Origin: Eledone cirrhosa
Taxonomy: Eukaryota
Reading direction: 5' to 3'
Length of the DNA: 64,000 bases
Assembly: GCA_964016885.1 (NCBI GenBank)
Contig: OZ024750.1
Span: 16,430,001 to 16,494,000 of the forward strand
Below, piece after piece: positions 13,338 through 29,300 of the stretch. A program made the translations under genes and the position numbers. The stretch's first letter is position 1. Each line of letters opens with the position of its first letter. Under the pieces are notes generated by a model. The model was not told the origin of the DNA and did no database searches. It was given only the letters and a program-made list of their open reading frames with translations.

Positions 13338-14872
13338 ATATCACCACCTCCACCAACACTATCATCATCACCATCAACATCATCAATATCACCACCTCCA
13401 CCAACACTATCATCATCATCATCACCAATATCACCACCTCCACCAACACTATCATCATCACCATCAACATCATCAATATCACCACCTCCACCAACACTAT
13501 CACCATCATCATCAACATCATCAATATCACCACCTCCACCAACACTATCACCATCATCATCAACATCATCAATATCACCACCTCCACCAACACTATCATC
13601 ATCATCATCATCATCAACATCATCAATATCACCACCTCCACCAACACTATCATCATCATCATCATCATCATCAATATCACCACCTCCACCAACACTATCA
13701 TCATCATCATCACCATCAACATCATCAATGCCACCACCTCCACCAACACTATCATCATCATCATCAACATCATCAATATCACCACCTCCACCAACACTAT
13801 CATCATCATCATCATCAACATCATCAATATCACCACCTCCACCAACACTATCATCATCATCATCACCATCAACATCATCAATATCACCACCTCCACCAAC
13901 ACTATCATCATCATCATCATCAACATCATCAATATCACCCCCTCCACCAACACTATCATCATCACCATCATCATCATCAATATCACCACCTCCACCAACA
14001 CTATCATCATCACCATCATCATCATCAATATCACCACCTCCACCAACACTATCATCATCACCATCATCATCAACATCATCAATATCACCCCCTCCACCAA
14101 CACTATCATCATCATCATCATCATCATCAACATCATCAATATCACCCCCTCCACCAACACTATCATCATCATCATCAACATCATCAATATCACCACCTCC
14201 ACCAACACTATCATCATCACCATCATCATCATCAATATCACCCCCTCCACCAACACTATCATCATCATCATCATCAACATCATCAATATCACCACCTCCA
14301 CCAACACTATCATCATCACCATCATCATCATCAATATCACCACCTCCACCAACACTATCATCATCATCATCATCAACATCATCATCAATATCACCACCTC
14401 CACCAACACTATCATCATCATCATCAACATCATCAATATCACCACCTCCACCAACACTATCATCATCATCATCACCATCATCACCAATATCACCACCTCC
14501 ACCAAAACTATCATCATCATCATCATCATCAACATCATCAATATCACCACCTCCACCAACACTATCATCATCATCATCATCATCAACATCATCAATATCA
14601 CCACCTCCACCAACACTATCATCATCATCATCATCATCAACATCATCAATATCACCACCTCCACCAACACTATCATCATCACCATCATCATCATCAATAT
14701 CACCACCTCCACCAACACTATCATCATCATCATCATCAACATCATCATCAATATCACCACCTCCACCAACACTATCATCATCATCATCAACATCATCAAT
14801 ATCACCACCTCCACCAACACTATCATCATCATCATCACCATCATCACCAATATCACCACCTCCACCAAAACT

Positions 14873-14903
<31 letters not shown>

Positions 14904-17474
14904 ATATCACCACCTCCACCAACACTATCATCATCATCATCATCATCAACATCATCAATATCACCACCTCCACCAACACTATCATCATCATCATCAACAT
15001 CATCAATATCACCACCTCCACCAACACTATCATCATCACCATCATCATCATCAATATCACCACCTCCACCAACACTATCATCATCATCATCACCATCATC
15101 ATCATCAATATCACCACCTCCACCAACACTATCATCATCATCACCATCATCATCATCAATATCACCACCTCCACCAACACTATCATCATCATCACCATCA
15201 TCATCATCAATATCACCACCTCCACCAACACTATCATCATCACCATCATCATCATCAATATCACCACCTCCACCAACACTATCATCATCATCATCACCAT
15301 CATCATCATCAATATCACCACCTCCACCAACACTATCATCATCATCACCATCATCATCATCAATATCACCACCTCCACCAACACTATCATCATCATCATC
15401 ATCATCATCATCAATATCACCACCTCCACCAACACTATCATCATCACCATCATCATCATCAATATCACCACCTCCACCAACACTATCATCATCATCATCA
15501 CCATCATCATCATCAATATCACCACCTCCACCAACACTATCATCATCATCACCATCATCATCATCAATATCACCACCTCCACCAACACTATCATCATCAT
15601 CATCATCATCATCATCAATATCACCACCTCCACCAACACTATCATCATCACCATCATCATCATCAATATCACCACCTCCACCAACACTATCATCATCATC
15701 ATCACCATCATCATCATCAATATCACCACCTCCACCAACACTATCATCATCATCACCATCATCATCATCAATATCACCACCTCCACCAACACTATCATCA
15801 TCATCATCAACATCATCAATATCACCACCTCCACCAACACTATCATCATCATCATCATCATCAACATCATCAATATCACCACCTCCACCAACACTATCAT
15901 CATCATCATCAACATCAACATCATCAATATCACCACCTCCACCAACACTATCATCATCATCACCATCATCATCATCAATATCACCACCTCCACCAACACT
16001 ATCATCATCATCATCAACATCATCAATATCACCACCTCCACCAACACTATCATCATCATCATCATCATCATCAACATCATCAATATCACCACCTCCACCA
16101 ACACTATCATCATCATCATCAACATCATCAATATCACCACCTCCACCAACACTATCATCATCATCACCATCATCATCATCAATATCACCACCTCCACCAA
16201 CACTATCATCATCATCATCAACATCATCAATATCACCACCTCCACCAACACTATCATCATCATCATCATCATCAACATCATCAATATCACCACCTCCACC
16301 AACACTATCATCATCATCACCATCATCATCATCAATATCACCACATCCACCAACACTATCATCATCATCATCATCACCATCATCATCATCAATATCACCA
16401 CCTCCACCAACACTATCATCATCATCATCATCATCATCAACATCATCAATATCACCACCTCCACCAACACTATCATCATCATCATCATCATCATCAATAT
16501 CACCCCCTCCACCAACACTATCATCATCATCATCATCATCATCAATATCACCCCCTCCACCAACACTATCATCATCATCATCATCATCATCATCAATATC
16601 ACCACCTCCACCAACACTATCATCATCATCATCATCATCATCATCAATATCACCCCCTCCACCAACACTATCATCATCATCATCATCAACATCATCAATA
16701 TCACCACCTCCACCAACACTATCATCATCACCATCATCAACATCATCAATATCACCACCTCCACCAACACTATCATCATCATCATCATCAACATCATCAA
16801 TATCACCACCTCCACCAACACTATCATCATCATCATCATCAACATCATCAATATCACCACCTCCACCAACACTATCATCATCATCATCATCATCATCAAT
16901 ATCACCACCTCCACCAACACTATCATCATCATCATCATCAACATCATCAATATCACCACCTCCACCAACACTATCATCATCATCATCATCAACATCATCA
17001 ATATCACCACCTCCACCAACACTATCATCACCATCATCAACATCATCAATATCACCACCTCCACCAACACTATCATCATCACCATCATCAACATCATCAA
17101 TATCACCACCTCCACCAACACTATCATCATCATCATCATCAACATCATCAATATCACCACCTCCACCAACACTATCATCATCATCATCATCAACATCATC
17201 AATATCACCACCTCAACAACACTATCATCATCATCATCAACATCATCAATATCACCACCTCCACCAACACTATCATCATCATCATCATCAACATCATCAA
17301 TATCACCACCTCCACCAACACTATCATCATCATCATCATCAACATCATCAATATCACCACCTCAACAACACTATTATCATCATCATCAACATCATCAATA
17401 TCACCACCTCCACCTCCACCAACACTATCATCATCATCATCATCATCATCAATATCACCACCTCCACCAACACT

Positions 17475-17505
<31 letters not shown>

Positions 17506-18463
17506 ATATCACCACCTCCACCAACACTATCATCATCATCATCATCATCATCAATATCACCACCTCCACCTCCACCAACACTATCATCATCATCATCATC
17601 ATCATCAATATCACCACCTCCACCAACACTATCATCATCATCATCATCATCATCATCAATATCACCACCTCCACCAACACTATCATCATCATCATCATCA
17701 TCATCAATATCACCACCTCCACCAACACTATCATCATCATCATCATCATCATCAATATCACCACCTCCACCAACACTATCATCATCATCATCAACATCAT
17801 CAATATCACCACCTCCACCAACACTATCATCATCATCATCATCATCATCATCAATATCACCACCTCCACCAACACTATCATCATCATCATCAACATCATC
17901 AATATCACCACCTCCACCAACACTATCATCATCATCATCATCATCATCAATATCACCACCTCCACCAACACTATCATCATCATCATCATCATCATCAATA
18001 TCACCACCTCCACCAACACTATCATCATCACCATCATCATCATCATCAATATCACCACCTCCACCAACACTATCATCATCATCATCAACATCATCAATAT
18101 CACCACCTCCACCAACACTATCATCATCACCATCATCATCATCAATATCACCACCTCCACCAACACTATCATCATCATCATCATCATCATCAATATCACC
18201 ACCTCCACCAACACTATCATCATCATCACATCATCATCATCATCAATATCACCACCTCCACCAACACTATCATCATCACCATCAACATCATCAATATCAC
18301 CACCTCCACCAACACTATCATCATCACCATCATCATCATCATCAATATCACCACCTCCACCAACACTATCATCATCATCATCATCATCATCAATATCACC
18401 ACCTCCACCAACACTATCATCATCACCATCAACATCATCAATATCACCACCTCCACCAACACT

Positions 18464-18494
<31 letters not shown>

Positions 18495-21400
18495 ATATCA
18501 CCACCTCCACCAACACTATCATCATCACCATCAACATCATCAATATCACCACCTCCACCAACACTATCATCATCACACATCATCATCATCAATATCACCA
18601 CCTCCACCAACACTATCATCATCATCATCAACATCATCAATATCACCACCTCCACCAACACTATCATCATCATCATCAACATCATCAATATCACCACCTC
18701 CACCAACACTATCATCATCATCATCATCATCATCAATATCACCACCTCCACCAACACTATCATCATCATCATCATCATCATCAATATCACCACCTCCACC
18801 AACACTATCATCATCATCACCATCATCATCATCAATATCACCACCTCCACCAACACTATCATCATCATCATCATCATCATCAATATCACCACCTCCACCA
18901 ACACTATCATCATCATCATCATCATCATCAATATCACCACCTCCACCAACACTATCATCATCACCATCATCATCATCAATATCACCACCTCCACCACACT
19001 ATCATCATCATCATCATCATCATCAATATCACCACCTCCACCAACACTATCATCATCATCATCATCATCATCAATATCACCACCTCCACCAACACTATCA
19101 TCATCATCATCATCATCAATATCACCACCTCCACCAACACTATCATCATCATCATCATCATCATCAATATCACCACCTCCACCAACACTATCATCATCAT
19201 CATCATCATCATCAATATCACCACCTCCACCAACACTATCATCATCATCATCATCATCATCAATATCACCACCTCCACCAACACTATCATCATCATCCAT
19301 CATCATCATCAATATCACCACCTCCACCAACACTATCATCATCATCATCATCATCATCAATATCACCACCTCCACCAACACTATCATCATCATCATCATC
19401 ATCATCAATATCACCACCTCCACCAACACTATCATCATCACCATCATCATCATCAATATCACCACCTCCACCAACACTATCATCATCATCATCATCATCA
19501 TCAATATCACCACCTCCACCAACACTATCATCATCATCATCATCATCAATATCACCACCTCCACCAACACTATCATCATCATCATCATCATCATCAATAT
19601 CACCACCTCCACCAACACTATCATCATCATCATCATCATCATCAATATCACCACCTCCACCAACACTATCATCATCATCATCATCATCATCAATATCACC
19701 ACCTCCACCAACACTATCATCATCACCATCATCATCATCAATATCACCACCTCCACCAACACTATCATCATCATCATCATCATCATCAATATCACCACCT
19801 CCACCAACACTATCATCATCATCATCATCATCATCAATATCACCACCTCCACCAACACTATCATCATCACCATCATCATCATCAATATCACCACCTCCAC
19901 CAACACTATCATCATCATCCATCATCATCATCAATATCACCACCTCCACCAACACTATCATCATCACCATCATCATCATCATCAATATCACCACCTCCAC
20001 CAACACTATCATCATCATCATCATCATCATCAATATCACCACCTCCACCAACACTATCATCATCACCATCAATCATCATCAATATCACCACCTCCACCAA
20101 CACTATCATCATCACCATCATCATCATCATCAATATCACCACCTCCACCAACACTATCATCATCATCATCATCATCATCAATATCACCACCTCCACCAAC
20201 ACTATCATCATCATCACATCATCATCATCAATATCACCACCTCCACCAACACTATCATCATCACCATCATCATCATCATCAATATCACCACCTCCACCAA
20301 CACTATCATCATCATCATCATCATCATCAATATCACCACCTCCACCAACACTATCATCATCATCATCAATCATCATCATCAATATCACCACCTCCACCAA
20401 CACTATCATCATCATCATCATCATCATCAATATCACCACCTCCACCAACACTATCATCATCATCATCATCATCATCAATATCACCACCTCCACCAACACT
20501 ATCATCATCATCATCATCATCATCATCAATATCACCACCTCCACCAACACTATCATCATCATCATCAACATCAACATCATCAATATCACCACCTCCACAA
20601 CACTATCATCATCATCCATCATCATCATCAATATCACCACCTCCACCAACACTATCATCATCATCATCATCATCATCAATATCACCACCTCCACCAACAC
20701 TATCATCATCATCATCATCATCATCAATATCACCACCTCCACCAACACTATCATCATCATCATCATCATCATCAATATCACCACCTCCACCAACACTATC
20801 ATCATCATCATCATCAACATCATCAATATCACCACCTCCACCAACACTATCATCATCATCATCATCATCATCATCAATATCACCACCTCCACCAACACTA
20901 TCATCATCATCATCATCATCATCAATATCACCACCTCCACCAACACTATCATCATCATCATCATCATCAATATCACCACCTCCACCAACACTATCATCAT
21001 CATCATCATCATCATCAATATCACCACCTCCACCAACACTATCATCATCATCATCATCATCACATCAATATCACCACCTCCACCAACACTATCATCATCA
21101 TCATCATCATCAACATCAATATCACCACCTCCACCAACACTATCATCATCATCATCATCATCAATATCACCACCTCCACCAACACTATCTCATCATCATC
21201 AACATCAATATCGCCACCTCCCAACTATCATCATCATCATCATCAATATCACCACCTCCACCAACACTATCATCATCATCATCATCATCATCAATATCAC
21301 CACCTCCACCAACACTATCATCATCATCATCATCAACATCAATATCACCACTCCACCAACACTATCATCATCATCATCCTCAATCATCATCAATATCAGC

Positions 21401-24400
21401 ACCTCCACCAACACTATCATCATCATCATCATCAATATCACCACCTCCACAACACTATCATCATCATCATCATCAACATCAATCAATATCAGCCACCTCC
21501 ACCAACACTATCACCATCATCATCATCAATATCGCCACCTCCACCAACACTATCATCATCATATCATCAATATCGCCACCTCCACCAACACTATCATCAT
21601 CATCATCATCATCATCATCAATATCGCCACCTCCACCAACACTATCATCATCATCATCATCATCAACATCAATATCGCCACCTCCACCAACACTATCATC
21701 ATCATCATCATCAATATCACCACCTCCACCAACACTATCATCATCATCATCATCATCAACATCAATATCGCCACCTCCACCAACACTATCATCATCATCA
21801 TCATCAATATCACCACCTCCACCAACACTATCATCATCATCATCATCATCAACATCAATATCGCCACCTCCACCAACACTATCATCATCATCATCATCAA
21901 TATCACCACCTCCACCAACACTATCATCATCATCATCATCAACATCAATATCGCCACCTCCACCAACACTATCACCATCATCATCATCAATATCGCCACC
22001 TCCACCAACACTATCATCATCATCATCATCAACATCAATATCGCCACCTCCACCAACACTATCACCATCATCATCATCAATATCACCACCTCCACCAACA
22101 CTATCATCATCATCATCATCAACATCAATATCGCCACCTCCACCAACACTATCACCATCATCATCATCAATATCGCCACCTCCACCAACACTATCATCAT
22201 CATCATCATCATCATCATCAATATCACCACCTCCACCAACACTATCATCATCATCATCATCAACATCAATATCGCCACCTCCACCAACACTATCACCATC
22301 ATCATCATCAATATCGCCACCTCCACCAACACTATCATCATCACCATCATCATCATCAATATCGCCACCTCCACCAACACTATCATCATCACCATCATCA
22401 TCATCAATATCGCCACCTCCACCAACACTATCATCATCATCATCATCAACATCAATATCGCCACCTCCACCAACACTATCACCATCATCATCATCAATAT
22501 CGCCACCTCCACCAACACTATCATCATCATCACCATCATCATCATCAATATCGCCACCTCCACCAACACTATCATCATCACCATCATCATCATCAATATC
22601 GCCACCTCCACCAACACTATCATCATCATCATCATCAACATCAATATCGCCACCTCCACCAACACTATCACCATCATCATCATCAATATCGCCACCTCCA
22701 CCAACACTATCATCATCATCATCATCATCAACATCAATATCGCCACCTCCACCAACACTATCATCATCATCATCATCAACATCAATATCGCCACCTCCAC
22801 CAACACTATCACCATCATCATCATCAATATCGCCACCTCCACCAACACTATCATCATCATCATCATCATCAACATCAATATCGCCACCTCCACCAACACT
22901 ATCATCATCATCATCATCAATATCACCACCTCCACCAACACTATCATCATCATCATCATCATCAACATCAATATCGCCACCTCCACCAACACTATCATCA
23001 TCATCATCATCAACATCAATATCGCCACCTCCACCAACACTATCACCATCATCATCATCAATATCGCCACCTCCACCAACACTATCATCATCATCATCAT
23101 CATCAACATCAATATCGCCACCTCCACCAACACTATCATCATCATCATCATCAATATCGCCACCTCCACCAACACTATCATCATCACCATCATCATCATC
23201 AATATCGCCACCTCCACCAACACTATCATCATCATCATCATCAACATCAATATCGCCACCTCCACCAACACTATCATCATCACCATCATCATCATCAATA
23301 TCGCCACCTCCACCAACACTATCATCATCACCATCATCATCATCAATATCGCCACCTCCACCAACACTATCATCATCACCATCATCATCATCAATATCGC
23401 CACCTCCACCAACACTATCATCATCATCATCATCAACATCAATATCGCCACCTCCACCAACACTATCACCATCATCATCATCAATATCGCCACCTCCACC
23501 AACACTATCATCATCATCACCATCATCATCATCAATATCACCACCTCCACCAACACTATCATCATCATCATCATCATCAACATCAATATCGCCACCTCCA
23601 CCAACACTATCATCATCATCATCATCAACATCAATATCGCCACCTCCACCAACACTATCACCATCATCATCATCAATATCGCCACCTCCACCAACACTAT
23701 CATCATCATCATCATCATCAACATCAATATCGCCACCTCCACCAACACTATCATCATCATCATCATCAACATCAATATCGCCACCTCCACCAACACTATC
23801 ACCATCATCATCATCAATATCGCCACCTCCACCAACACTATCATCATCATCATCATCATCAACATCAATATCGCCACCTCCACCAACACTATCATCATCA
23901 TCATCATCAATATCACCACCTCCACCAACACTATCATCATCATCATCATCATCAACATCAATATCGCCACCTCCACCAACACTATCATCATCATCATCAT
24001 CAATATCACCACCTCCACCAACACTATCATCATCATCATCATCATCAACATCAATATCGCCACCTCCACCAACACTATCATCATCATCATCATCAATATC
24101 ACCACCTCCACCAACACTATCATCATCATCATCATCATCATCATCAATATCACCACCTCCACCAACACTATCATCATCATCATCATCAATATCACCACCT
24201 CCACCAACACTATCATCATCATCATCATCATCATCAATATCACCACCTCCACCAACACTATCATCATCATCATCATCATCATCATCAATATCACCATCTC
24301 CACCAACACTATCATCATCACCATCAACATCATCAATATCACCACCTCCACCAACACTATCATCATCATCATCATCATCATCATCAATATCACCACCTCC

Positions 24401-24511
24401 ACCAACACTATCATCATCATCATCATCATCATCATCAATATCACCACCTCCACCAACACTATCATCATCATCATCATCATCATCATCAATATCACCACCT
24501 CCACCAACACT

Positions 24512-24545
<34 letters not shown>

Positions 24546-24619
24546 ATATCACCACCTCCACCAACACTATCATCATCATCATCATCATCAACATCAATAT
24601 CACCACCTCCACCAACACT

Positions 24620-24653
<34 letters not shown>

Positions 24654-25030
24654 ATATCACCACCTCCACCAACACTATCATCATCATCACCATCAACATC
24701 ATCAATATCACCACCTCCACCAACACTATCATCATCATCATCACCATCAACATCATCAATATCACCACCTCCACCAACACTATCATCATCATCATCACCA
24801 TCAACATCATCAATATCACCACCTCCACCAACACTATCATCATCATCATCATCATCATCATCATTATCGCCACCTCCACCAACACTATCATCATCATCAT
24901 CATCATCATCAATATCACCACCTCCACCAACACTATCATCATCATCATCATCAATATCACCACCTCCACCAACATTATCATCACACTCCTCATTATCAAC
25001 AAATTCATCCTCCTCTGCCTCATCATCATG
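12783..25030. repeat. Giant compound satellite: 27-nt core caatatcaccacctccaccaacactat + (CAT)n, roughly 240 units
   Basis: Directly visible; units mostly about 42-57 nt, varying in steps of 3; copy number estimated from length. Confidence 0.97.
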
Positions 25031-25225
25031 ACTACCACCACTACCACCACTACCACCACTACCACCACCACCACCACCACCACTGCTGCCACCATCGCCG
25101 TCTTCATCAGCCATTGCTGCACCTATATTGTTACATTAATCAAGCCCAATTATTCTAATTAGTTGATATAGTGAAACATGTTTGAATCATATCACTTCTG
25201 GTTGTGTAGAAAACTAATATCATGT

Positions 25226-25263
25226 TGTGCCAGGGGGCGCTGTCTCAACAGGAAGTGACATCA
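25226..25263 (+). promoter_or_regulatory. CTCF-like site followed by ETS-CRE composite motif
   Basis: tgtgCCAGGGGGCGCTg (25226-25242) and CAGGAAGTGACATCA (25249-25263). Confidence 0.45.
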
Positions 25264-26219
25264 TGCACTGTCAAAACATGAAATTCAACATCCTGCATTG
25301 TCTCCAGGTATCAATCAAATCAAAGTTAGTTCTCAACTTCCATTAATTATCATATTACAACTCCCACTCTCTCTCCCCATCTTTCTCACTCTCCTGCCAA
25401 CTCTCTCTCAATATAAATATATATATATACATATACATATACATATACATATATAAATATATATATAAACAAAATTTGTTTTTGCTCTAGCATGGTGGAT
25501 ACCTAAATGTATTTGTGAGTGAACAATAATAGTATTATTATAACAATATTATTAATATTAAGGCTGTTTGCAAGCAAACACCCTCATTAACACCATGTGT
25601 GTTTTCTAGATAACCACACCGTCCTTTTGTTCCAGAAGAAGAAGAAGATATTTAAATCTAAGTTGCTCATTATAATTTTATCTTAGAATATTTTGTTATG
25701 TTTCAAACAACAACTTACTGACAAAATATTTTACTAAATCCTTCCAATTTTTTTTTTTATTATTTCAGAAATTAATTGAAAATATTTAGGCAGTGTATCT
25801 CATTAGAAATATGGTGATGAAAGGGTTAAAGTAAAACTAAATCGGCCAACCAATTTACGACTCAAAAGGTAGAAGGCTTGCTGGAATAATTATCTTGAGA
25901 AACACAGAGATTGAGCTCATTAAAATCCTTTATTGGTTTCTCTTTTATGAACAAACAAAATCAGGTTGGCTGACATTCTCCTGAACATCTAGTAAATCCT
26001 TCAAAAATTAATAGGATTATTTTAAAGGAATTAACTGCTTGGGTACGTGTTTGGAGCTTGAACCAATTCTTGAAATTCTTTGTTGTATTGCATGTGTGGG
26101 GGATTATTTCCATAACTAACACCACTGAAGTGTAACTTGGGAATTCATTGCGAAAAGCTAGTGATGGCTGGAGATGAAGATACTGACATAAAGTTGGTGA
26201 TAGCTTTGATATGATAATT

Positions 26220-26385
26220 GTTTCTATTTTGGGCACAAGGCCAGCAATTATCCCAGTACATTACTGGTGCTTTATTTTATCGACCCCGTAAGGATGAAAG
26301 GCAACGCTAAACTCAGTGGAATTTGAACCCAGAATGTAAAGGGCCGTAACTCTATGCTGCAAAGCATATTGCCTGACCCTCAACC
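26220..26385 (-). mobile_element. SINE family A copy
   Basis: Family core present. Confidence 0.8.
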
Positions 26386-26819
26386 AGGGTGCTTTTTCTT
26401 CTTCTTCTTTGCCCAATTATTCCAGGGTCATGGAAGTAGAGTCCTCAAGTACACATTTTAGCAGATCCTATCAGAACCAACTGTCTCTGTTTGATTCAGC
26501 TGGATACTCAAGCAAAACCAACCAATCTCATTGATGTTATCCAATTATTTTGCTCGGAGTCTACTCCTGGGTTTCGTATCGGTTGGTTTTATATAATAAT
26601 TTATATTAATTTATATCAATCTTATCAGTTCTTGCAAGTTTAGATCCAGTGAAAATGAGAATCTCAGTGAGATATTTTTGGATCCTTTGATGTTTCTGAA
26701 GCGAATATAACGTTTATAGAGGGCAAGGCTGCTAACAAGGTTTATAGAGGGCAAAGCTGCTGGTTTATAGAGGACAAGGCAGCTAACAAGGTTTATAGAG
26801 GACAAGGTTGCAAACATTA

Positions 26820-27060
26820 CACTGAACGAAAAGCAACACGTCTGATGCAACCTCCAGGGTTAAATGAAAAGAGAAAGGCCAGGGAAATCCTGGCAAAGTT
26901 GACGTATCTATGGAAATGAAATAAGATTTAGAAAGAACTGAGGGTAATTGGAGTAAATGGCCCAGAACGGAGTTGAGTGTAAGAAGATTATAAATAGCCT
27001 ATGTCACTGGTAGAACCCCTACCAGTGACATAGGCTATTGATAAGGGGCTGAGTAAGTGA
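26820..27060 (+). mobile_element. RTE-type LINE 3' end containing a perfect 21-bp hairpin
   Basis: GLNEKR..RPGKSW...AQNGVECKKIINSLC-like C-terminus and gagtaagt tail; aatagcctatgtcactggtag/ctaccagtgacataggctatt at 26993-27039. Confidence 0.6.
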
Positions 27061-27851
27061 CGATCGTTTGGGGAACAGTCACCGAGAATATAATATATAC
27101 AGGTCACAGGAACTGCCCTTTCACTTGTATCTAAGCCACACACAAACACACAAATACAGACTCATATTGTTTTCCACTCTCCAATAACTTTTACTTCTTA
27201 TTTTACACCTTTTCAACGCGGCTTCTAACAAAACATTGGTCTCAAATCTCATCACTCAAATACACACACACACACGCAAAATAATACCTTTTATATTTTT
27301 AAAACATGTAGTGTAAAGGTGTATATGAACCCATTTACATTATGTTTATATTTCGCTTATCTCCCTTGTCGCTACTACACGTTAAGGGATGTTGCAAATC
27401 TTGTATATTTGCCAATTATAATATCGATAAAACTAAAGTAAAGTTGGCAGAAAGAAACGTTTATTTGTTTATTTATTTATCTATTCATTTGTATTTAATA
27501 AAAGTTAAAACATGGGTGATAAAAATAAATTCGCTCTATTATATTCACCAAGGGACTTAACTCCTATCAACTAAATATTACAGTTATTTTCCTTGAATTT
27601 TATATCTGAGTTGCTCTCAAGTTGCTTAAAGAATTTTACGTGGTTGCTCGACCAGCTAGAAATAGCAGCCAAATCTTCCTCAGCTCTCACGCTGCTGTCT
27701 TTAAATGAAAAAGGGTGAATAATATAATAAAAATATGGTATAGTCATGGCTAGAACATCACTGAAAATACGTCTACTCAATCAAGGCTGACCTTTGGCAA
27801 AACAATAATGGGAAACAACATATCAACAATAACAAGTCATTTTTGATTTCT

Positions 27852-27918
<67 letters not shown>

Positions 27919-28270
27919 TGTTGAATAGTAATTTGGAAAGCAAGGCATGCAATCCAATCGCCATGACGGAAAGAGGGACTGTGGAGCCTTACACCCATCA
28001 CACCTTCGCAAAAGTCTGAAACGATCCGCTGGAACGAATGTTTAAGGACCCTCTCAGGAATAAGTGGGCAAAGAAGAAAAAGTAAAAGAAGAATTATACA
28101 TAAAATGAAAATAAATACATAAATAAGTGGCTTAACTTTTGTTGTCGGAAAAAAACAGAGAATATTTACTCGTGTCACTATTTCAAGTGACACCGACTAT
28201 CAAGGGAGATAACTTGCTGAACAATTTTTGAAAGTATCAGAAATGAGATGAATAAGATGGATATGTGATC

Positions 28271-28366
28271 ATGGATAGTACTGGTGGTTTAAACGACATC
28301 ATTCAACACATTGAGGATCCTATCGTCCTCGCCGATGAAAGTGCATGCAGACTTCTCTTGGCCAAG
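28271..28366 (+). CDS. AP4B1: AP-4 complex subunit beta-like, coding exon 1
   Basis: MDSTGGLNDIIQHIEDPIVLADESACRLLLAK|gtag; resembles the beta4 N-terminus (NPHIQADRLRYRNVIQR); phase 0 joins the exon at 30764. Confidence 0.85.
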
Positions 28367-28939
28367 GTAGTTTTTACCACTAAACCTTATAGTGTGGCAT
28401 AGCTACAATTTAATACCCCCCACTTTCGTAACTATGATAATGTATATTTTTAAATTACATTTTACAAAAACGCGTTTTATTATTGTGTAGATTACAATTA
28501 TCATAATAACATTTAAATAATAATAATATTAATAATTTCACATTTTTGATACTTTTATCATTGTATATATATACACATTGGTTCGTTAATGCTTTCATTT
28601 ACTAAATACTTTTTGGTCTGTTCTTGTAGAAGACTAAACATACACTCAAAAATTTATTCCTCATACTTTCCAATTTTATGTTGATAATGAATAATGTCAA
28701 ACAGAATAGTAACAAAATGTCATTTGTAATTCTAAGAATTGCGAAAATAAAAATTATTATTATTATCTTCAATATCATCAATAAAATCATAATCGTAATA
28801 TACACCTTCGAAAGGATATCTCTATAAAATGTCATTATAAAATATATATTGTTAAGAAAGTTACGAGGAAACATATACTGGTGAGGGGACTAAACATGTA
28901 TTGTATGGAGGACTCAATATTGATTGTCGTAGAGTCAGA

Positions 28940-29300
28940 AATAATATAAAATTCGGAAATAATTATTTTTCCCCGGCCCGTGACGTCCGAGACGTTTGGT
29001 GGAGTTGGGCCGCTGACAGCGAAATTCTTGTCATCACTGGTGACACACCTTACTAAGGTGTCAGGTGATGCCCGTGAGGGTGCCTGGTTATTTCGGCGGC
29101 TCTAGCCTCACCATCACCCGTGGTAATGCTGCGAGCGTGTTGGCTTACCTCAAAGTGTGTAGTTAACCCCTAAGGTGTGACGTGCGGCCGATTGTCGCAC
29201 TTGGTAGTTAATTCCCTCACCTCTTTTTTTCTTTCCTTTATCATTATTGTTCAATGAATTATATTATTATATTTTTATACACGTTGAAGAATTAATAAAG
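28940..29300 (+). mobile_element. CRE-clade non-LTR retrotransposon 3' fragment in the AP4B1 intron
   Basis: RPVTSETFGGVGPLTAKFLSSLVTHLTKVSGDAREGAWLFRRL/SLTITRGNAASVLA followed by a 3' UTR and AATAAA. Confidence 0.7.

Noticed and set aside
17210-21560. Cluster of single-base indels as programmed frameshifts
   Set aside because: Scattered 1-nt indels concentrated mid-array are more simply explained by long-read consensus error
12783-25030. CRISPR-like array (constant repeat plus variable spacer)
   Set aside because: Eukaryotic context, spacers are only (CAT)n rather than unique sequences, no cas genes
12578-25162. 4194-aa and 3767-aa plus-strand ORFs as extensin-like or His-rich proteins
   Set aside because: The strand has almost no G so stops hardly occur; the ORFs drift between unrelated repeat frames at indels
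25961-26236. 91-aa minus-strand ORF; DCLRE1B sought because it is head-to-head with AP4B1 in vertebrates
   Set aside because: ORF starts inside a SINE and no metallo-beta-lactamase motifs were seen anywhere upstream of AP4B1
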